Shown here: one piece after another, positions 58,290 to 64,000 of the stretch
How the letters are laid out: each line of letters opens with the position of its first letter
How positions within the stretch are numbered: the first letter of the stretch is position 1
Origin: Vicinamibacterales bacterium
GTDB taxonomy: Bacteria > Acidobacteriota > Vicinamibacteria > Vicinamibacterales > UBA8438
Assembly (NCBI GenBank): GCA_965242835.1
Contig: OZ251506.1
Location: forward strand, 13,179-77,178
Direction of reading: 5' to 3'
DNA: 64,000 bases
Position numbers and translations under genes: made by a program
Notes under the pieces: generated by a model
The model's input: only the letters and a program-made list of their open reading frames with translations
The model's database searches: none
What the model was told of the DNA's origin: nothing

Positions 58290-58633
58290 TCTACCGCGAA
58301 CGTGGAGAACTTCAGCGGGTACTCCGGGCGCTCGGCCCACTCCCAGGCGTCGCCGAGGTCGGTCACGAGAGCGATCCGCGCAAAGGTCTGACGACCGCAT
58401 CGGCTGCTCCAGATGCACGACGAGGCCCTCGCCGGCAGGCTGCTGCCGGCCGGTGTCGACGAGGTCCTCGCCGCGCTCGCCGACCGCTTTGCCGGATGGC
58501 TGGTCCGGCTGTGGCCGCTACTGGTAGTGGTCATTCTTGTTCTTCTACGCAACATTTTGGTGTTTCGCCTTGACTTCGTGTTCCGGTCCCGGTCCAGACG
58601 ACGGCCAGCTTGACCTCGCGGGTCCTGGCCGTG
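58290..58633 (-). pseudogene. Decayed ISKra4-like transposase remnant
   Basis: 58591-58633 is 43/43 identical to 7785-7827 of the other ISKra4-like copy (encodes ARTREVKLAVVWT). Further downstream on the minus strand, ...ALVTDLGDAWEWAERPEYPLKFSTFAVDGHQLHRL resembles the VVLGDGANWIWN...IVDVYHAKQHL block. Confidence 0.5.
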
Positions 58634-58692
58634 ACGGCCTCACGCCGCTGCGACTCGCGGCTCTGTAGAAGCTCGTTCCGCTCCCTCGGCTC

Positions 58693-58723
58693 GGAGATAT
58701 TGTCAATATTTGACAACATCTCC
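58693..58723. promoter_or_regulatory. AT-rich 31-bp palindrome, operator-like
   Basis: GGAGAT-A-TTGTCAA-TAT-TTGACAA-C-ATCTCC: a perfect 7-3-7 core inside 6-bp outer arms, in an otherwise very GC-rich stretch. Confidence 0.4.
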
Positions 58724-58975
58724 GATCGTCGTGGTTCTACTGGCGGGACTTTCTCGAGACCTTCCAGGAAGGCACGACCGACCAACAGGCACGCGCGGCC
58801 CTGGACCGGTTGCGGCGCAAGGTCGAGGACACGCCGGACCTCCCGTCACCGAAAGCACAGTCGGCCCTCGCCATCATCCAGGCGCTCGAAGCTATTCTCG
58901 ATCTGCCCGACTGAGCGGTCGGAACGGTGGAGAAGGCCGAACGCCGAACCGTGCGAGCAGGCGTCCGAAGTCGCG

Positions 58976-60280
<1,305 letters not shown>

Positions 60281-60310
60281 CGGCGCAGCGAAAGATATCA
60301 TGCTGGCGGC

Positions 60311-61408
60311 ATGGACGCCCCCTGCGCGGCCGGCGGGACGGACCGCGCCGCCGGGCCGGGACCGCCCGGCGCGGGCGGCGATCCCTGCGACGTCTGCGGC
60401 GCGGACGGCGGGATGACCCCGCTGGTGGAGGCGGGGCTGCCCGGCGTCGGGCCGGTTCGGATACATCGTTGCGGCGGCTGCGGCGTGCGGCAGGTGCGCC
60501 CGCGGCTTCCGCCGGCGGCGCTCGACGCGCTGTACGGCGCGGACTACTTCGACCCGGGCTCGGCGCACGGCTTCGCCGGATACGCCCGCCAGCGGCAGCG
60601 CTACGAGCGCGACGCCTTCTTTCTGGCCCGCGAGCTGCGGCGGCTGGCCCCGGCGGGGCGGTTCCTGGAGGTCGGCAGCGCGCTCGGCTTCCTGCTCGCC
60701 TCCCTGGCGCCCGTCACCCGCTGGACGGTGGAAGGCGTCGAGGTCTCGGCGTTCGGCGCCTGGTACGCCCGCGGCCGGTTCGGCGCGAGAGTCCATCGGG
60801 GCACGCTGGAGGAGGCCGGACTACCGGCCGGGGCGTTCGACTACGTGCTGCAGAAGGACCTGCTGGAGCACGTCACCCACCCGCGCCGGCACCTGGAGGA
60901 GACGCGGCGGATCATGCGGCCGGGCGCGCGGCTGCGCGTGGTCACCCCGAACGGCGAAGCCGACCTGCGCCCGCTCCTGCGCGCGGCGGTGGAGTCGGCG
61001 GCCGACGTGCTCCCGGTCCTCGGCCAGGGGCACCTGTCGTTCTTCTCGCGCGGGCAACTCCTGCGCCTGTTCGCCGAGTCCGGGTTCCGGGTGCTGCATC
61101 TGCGCTCCATCGGGATACGCCGCGGCCTGCAGGCGCTCGGCGTGCTCCCGGGCCGGCGCCGCCGCGCCGCGCTGGTGCCCCGCGCCGCGCTGGCGCCCCG
61201 GGATCGCGGCGCCACGGCCGGTGAAGCCGGCCCGGACGGATGGGAGACGCGGGCGGCGCGGCTCGACGCGGAGATCGCCGCGCGCCACCGGCGGCTGCGC
61301 TCCCGGCCGCCGTACTTCCATTACCGCCGCCTGATGAAGCAGCTCGGCGTCCTGCCGGGCGCGCTGGCCGTCGGTCAGGACTTCGATCTGCTCGTCGAGA
61401 AGCGCTGA
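60311..61408 (+). CDS. Class I SAM-dependent methyltransferase
   Basis: N-terminal Cys pairs (CDVCG...CGGCG), then ...RFLEVGSALGFLL (motif I)...DYVLQKDLLEHV...RPGARLRVVTPN. Confidence 0.7.
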   Translation: MDAPCAAGGTDRAAGPGPPGAGGDPCDVCGADGGMTPLVEAGLPGVGPVRIHRCGGCGVRQVRPRLPPAALDALYGADYFDPGSAHGFAGYARQRQRYERDAFFLARELRRLAPAGRFLEVGSALGFLLASLAPVTRWTVEGVEVSAFGAWYARGRFGARVHRGTLEEAGLPAGAFDYVLQKDLLEHVTHPRRHLEETRRIMRPGARLRVVTPNGEADLRPLLRAAVESAADVLPVLGQGHLSFFSRGQLLRLFAESGFRVLHLRSIGIRRGLQALGVLPGRRRRAALVPRAALAPRDRGATAGEAGPDGWETRAARLDAEIAARHRRLRSRPPYFHYRRLMKQLGVLPGALAVGQDFDLLVEKR

Positions 61409-61641
61409 GCCTCTCGGCCCGCGGCGAGAAACCCGCCCCGGCAGGCGAACCGGCGACATGGTTGCGGACGCGCAGCGCCGAGATGCGCGGTGGCGCGGGG
61501 CTGGTCGGGGCTGGTCATGGACGGCATGGATGGTCGGAACGGCAAGCCGCCGACGTCCGCCGCCGCGTTCTTGCCACGACGATCCTCACGCCGCGGACGG
61601 CCGCGGCACGTAGTCCGCGTCGTCCCTGTCGACGTTCCGAG

Positions 61642-63123
61642 CTACCGCGGCAGCGGAAGCTGGCGGCTTTCCGTCTCGCGGGCCTGGTCGAAGGCGGGCC
61701 GCGGCTCGGCGCCGCGCACCTGCTCGAGCCAGAAGACGCCGTCCCAGGGGACCGAGTTGCCGCGGGTGCCGACCAGGTCGACGTCGCCGTCGCCGTCCAC
61801 GTCGCGGGCGACGAACTTGTCGAACATGCCGCGGACGCGGCGCGACACGTCGTGGCGGATCCAGGTCCCGGCCGGGTCCTCGGGCTGCTCGAACCACGCC
61901 AGGCGGCCCGCCCGGTGCGTCGGCGTGATCTCCGCGGCGTCGGCGTCGCGCGGGTCCTGGCTGTAGGCGCCGGAGAACGCGTCGAGGCGACCGTCGCCGT
62001 TGACGTCGGTGAGCACGAAACCGACCAGCCGGTCGGGGGCGAGGCCGCCGATGACGTGCCGGCGCCACGGGTCGGCGGGGTCGGCCGGCTGCTCCAGCCA
62101 CGAGAGGCCCTCGCGCTCGTCGCGGACGGCGACGTCGATGCGCCCGTCGCCGCTCAGATCGGCGAAGTCCATGTTGAAGCCGGTGACGGCCGCCTCCGGC
62201 TCGATCTCGATGCGGTGCTCGACGAACGCGATCTCGTCGGTGGTCACGTTCTCGAACCAGAAGATCCGCCGCTCCATGCGCGAGCCGCCGATGACGTCGA
62301 GGTCGCCGTCGCCGTCGAGGTCGAACGGCTGCGCGTTGATGGGAACGACGACGCGGGCCAGCTCGTGCTCGACCCAGGCGTCGCCGTCGAGCGGGTCGCC
62401 GGGAATCGCGAACCACGAGACCGGGTGCTTCTCGGTGGTGCCGCGGGGCGGGTTCTGGCCCCCCTTGTTCGCGGCGGTGGCCTCCGGCCGGCCGTCGCCG
62501 TCGAGATCCGCGAGGAACGCCCGGATGTACGAACCGCGGCCGAGCGTCGCGGCCGGGATGACCCGCTCCCAGCGCGCGGCCCGACCGGCCGCGCCCGGAT
62601 TCTCGAAGTAGATCAGGTGCGCCAGCTCGCAGGCCACGAGGACGTCCGGCCAGCCGTCGCCGTTCACGTCGGCGACGGCGACGTCCTCGGCCGCGCCCGC
62701 TTCCTCGCCCTCGGCCAGGGTGCGCAGGTCCCAGACATCGGGATCTGCCGAGCCGTAGGCGATGCGGACGTGTCCGTCCGGCACGCCGTCGTAGGTCGTG
62801 TCGGACTCGTGCACGGAGACGACGTCGAGGTGGCCGTCGCGGTCGAGGTCGGCCATCTCCAGGCCGTCGCTCCCGGCGAGGGCGACGCCGCCTGCATCGA
62901 GGTCGTCGATGACGTGCTCGCGCCACGAGATGTACGACCCGTCGGCCGCCCGCGCCCGCGTCGGCGTGTCGGCGACGGTCGTCACCGGCTCGTCCGCCAC
63001 CCCCGCGGAGCGTGACGCCGACTGCGCGCGCACGCCGCCGCCCGCCGCCAGCACGGCCGCCGCCGTCACCGCCGCGGCGACGCCGCGCCACCCGTCCCGT
63101 GACCCGTCACGTGATGCCGCCAT
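61642..63123 (-). CDS. Secreted FG-GAP/VCBS-repeat protein
   Basis: Signal-like N-terminus (...AAAVTAAAVLAAGGGVRAQS) and seven or more DxDxDG-type repeats (DLDRDGHLDVV, DVNGDGWPDVL, DLDGDGRPE, DLDGDGDLDVI, DLSGDGRIDVA, DVNGDGRLDAF, DVDGDGDVDLV). Confidence 0.8.
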   Translation of the reverse strand: MAASRDGSRDGWRGVAAAVTAAAVLAAGGGVRAQSASRSAGVADEPVTTVADTPTRARAADGSYISWREHVIDDLDAGGVALAGSDGLEMADLDRDGHLDVVSVHESDTTYDGVPDGHVRIAYGSADPDVWDLRTLAEGEEAGAAEDVAVADVNGDGWPDVLVACELAHLIYFENPGAAGRAARWERVIPAATLGRGSYIRAFLADLDGDGRPEATAANKGGQNPPRGTTEKHPVSWFAIPGDPLDGDAWVEHELARVVVPINAQPFDLDGDGDLDVIGGSRMERRIFWFENVTTDEIAFVEHRIEIEPEAAVTGFNMDFADLSGDGRIDVAVRDEREGLSWLEQPADPADPWRRHVIGGLAPDRLVGFVLTDVNGDGRLDAFSGAYSQDPRDADAAEITPTHRAGRLAWFEQPEDPAGTWIRHDVSRRVRGMFDKFVARDVDGDGDVDLVGTRGNSVPWDGVFWLEQVRGAEPRPAFDQARETESRQLPLPR

Positions 63124-63199
63124 CTTGCTGCTCCTCGCCGCGACCCCGCGCGCCCCGCGCAGGCGGCCCGCGACGTACAGGCCGGCCGTAGCGCCGGCG

Positions 63200-63388
63200 T
63201 CAGGCGGCGTCGCAGCGCCGGCCGGTGAATCCCTCGATCACGCCTTCCAGCCGGGCCATCCGCTCCCGGAGGTCTCCGATCTCCCCTTCGACGCGCGAGA
63301 GCCGGTCGGACAGGTCCCGGTGCATGGCGCGCACGAGGCCGGCCAGCGCCACGCCGACCGCGAAGTTCGCGATCAGCTCCGGGGTCAT
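63200..63388 (-). CDS. Small hypothetical protein (one hydrophobic helix plus a coiled-coil-like tail)
   Basis: MTPELIANFAVGVALAGLVRAMHRDLSDRLSRVEGEIGDLRERMARLEGVIEG... Its ATG overlaps the upstream stop. Confidence 0.4.
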   Translation of the reverse strand: MTPELIANFAVGVALAGLVRAMHRDLSDRLSRVEGEIGDLRERMARLEGVIEGFTGRRCDAA

Positions 63389-64000
63389 GGCGCTTCCGCG
63401 GGAGGCTTCACCGTCACCGTCACGTCGATCGGGGTGACGTGGACCGTGTCGTCGGCCACCGCCTGCAGAACGTAGGAGCCCGGCTCGCTGAAGCGGACCC
63501 GCGTGACGGCCCGGCCCCCCTCGCCGATCTCCGGCACCCGCGGGTCGAACGACACCTCGCCCGGCCCGCGCCAGTGCAGCCACGTCACGGCCAGGCCGGC
63601 CGCGGCCGCGTTGCGCGGATCGACCATCGCCTGCGACTTCGGCCCGCGGCGCGGCGTGCGCTCCGCCAGCCGCGGGTTCGGCGGCGGGATGCCGTCGTCG
63701 CCGGCGACGACGGCGATCTCCAGCGCGTCCGGCAGGGTCACTTCCAGCGCGTCCGCGCCCTCCAGGCGGATGAACGGCCGCTGGTTGTCGGCGTAGCCCT
63801 GCGCCGTGCCCGTGCCGCGGTTCAGCCGCCGCACGCCCGCGTCGATCTCCCACACCGGCCACAGGTGGCCGTACGCGAAGTCGGTCCGGCCGTTGTGGGT
63901 CACGCTCCAGACCAGGTCCTGCTCCCGCCCCCAGTCGGCCGGCACGCGCACCGTGAAGACGAACTGCTGCCGCCGGTTGTAGAAGTGGGTCGGCTGTCCG
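63385..64000 (-). CDS. Hypothetical protein, 5'-partial (the frame stays open to the window edge)
   Basis: There is no stop upstream of the annotated GTG at 63951 (...GQPTHFYNRRQQFVFTVRVPADWG...). I recognise no family. Confidence 0.4.
   Translation of the reverse strand, partial: GQPTHFYNRRQQFVFTVRVPADWGREQDLVWSVTHNGRTDFAYGHLWPVWEIDAGVRRLNRGTGTAQGYADNQRPFIRLEGADALEVTLPDALEIAVVAGDDGIPPPNPRLAERTPRRGPKSQAMVDPRNAAAAGLAVTWLHWRGPGEVSFDPRVPEIGEGGRAVTRVRFSEPGSYVLQAVADDTVHVTPIDVTVTVKPPAEAP

Noticed and set aside
58107-58600. Plus-strand ORFs 58150..58527, 58274..58573 and 58413..58613 as candidate drmC.
   Set aside because: None has an HxK(x)4D PLD motif or any recognisable domain. The minus strand carries transposase-remnant similarity instead.
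29111-58975. The 30-kb island considered as a prophage or ICE.
   Set aside because: There are no capsid, tail, terminase, conjugation or integrase genes. The content is defence, TA and modification genes plus IS debris, so it is better described as a defence island.

Overview
This is a very GC-rich bacterial chromosomal window with no rRNA or tRNA genes that I could see. All family calls come from reading motifs in the supplied translations and the raw sequence; no searches were run.

Layout:
(i) 1-8.9 kb is a decayed accessory region. It holds the tail of a CRISPR array (36-bp repeat), a graveyard of IS transposase genes and fragments (ISNCY/IS5-like, IS4, ISL3, IS1182-like), one inverted orphan CRISPR repeat, an orphan type I hsdS, a truncated N6-adenine methyltransferase and a frameshifted ISKra4-like element with recognisable inverted repeats.
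(ii) 9.1-23.9 kb is a housekeeping block: pal, a glutaredoxin-like gene, pyrD/pyrK, pyrR-pyrB-pyrC, two glycosyltransferases, pyrE, truA-uppS-cdsA-dxr-rseP and a MATE transporter.
(iii) 23.8-26.1 kb is a single-gene islet flanked by an ~85-bp duplication of the MATE 3' end, followed by a HAD hydrolase and ispG.
(iv) 29.1-58.1 kb is a defence island between ispG and hemL. It is a class 1 DISARM set (drmD, drmMI ... drmA, drmB, no drmC) split by about 15 kb of cargo. The cargo comprises:
- a tandem-repeat zone;
- an IetAS-like AAA+/S8-protease pair with three extra co-operonic genes;
- a convergent 11-gene minus-strand array: PPTase, carrier-protein-like ORF, XRE, ImmA::chagasin-like inhibitor, papain-like C1 peptidase, thymidylate-synthase-like protein, an unknown, TIR, Nmad2::antitoxin tail, PIN and MazG-like protein;
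- a HigBA remnant and two VapBC pairs.
(v) The window ends with hemL, a SAM methyltransferase, an FG-GAP repeat protein and a partial ORF.

The best candidate for an undescribed system is the 41.3-50.8 kb cargo. Within it, the strongest parts are the XRE / ImmA-inhibitor / C1-peptidase / TS-like block and the unknown / TIR / Nmad2 / PIN / MazG block.
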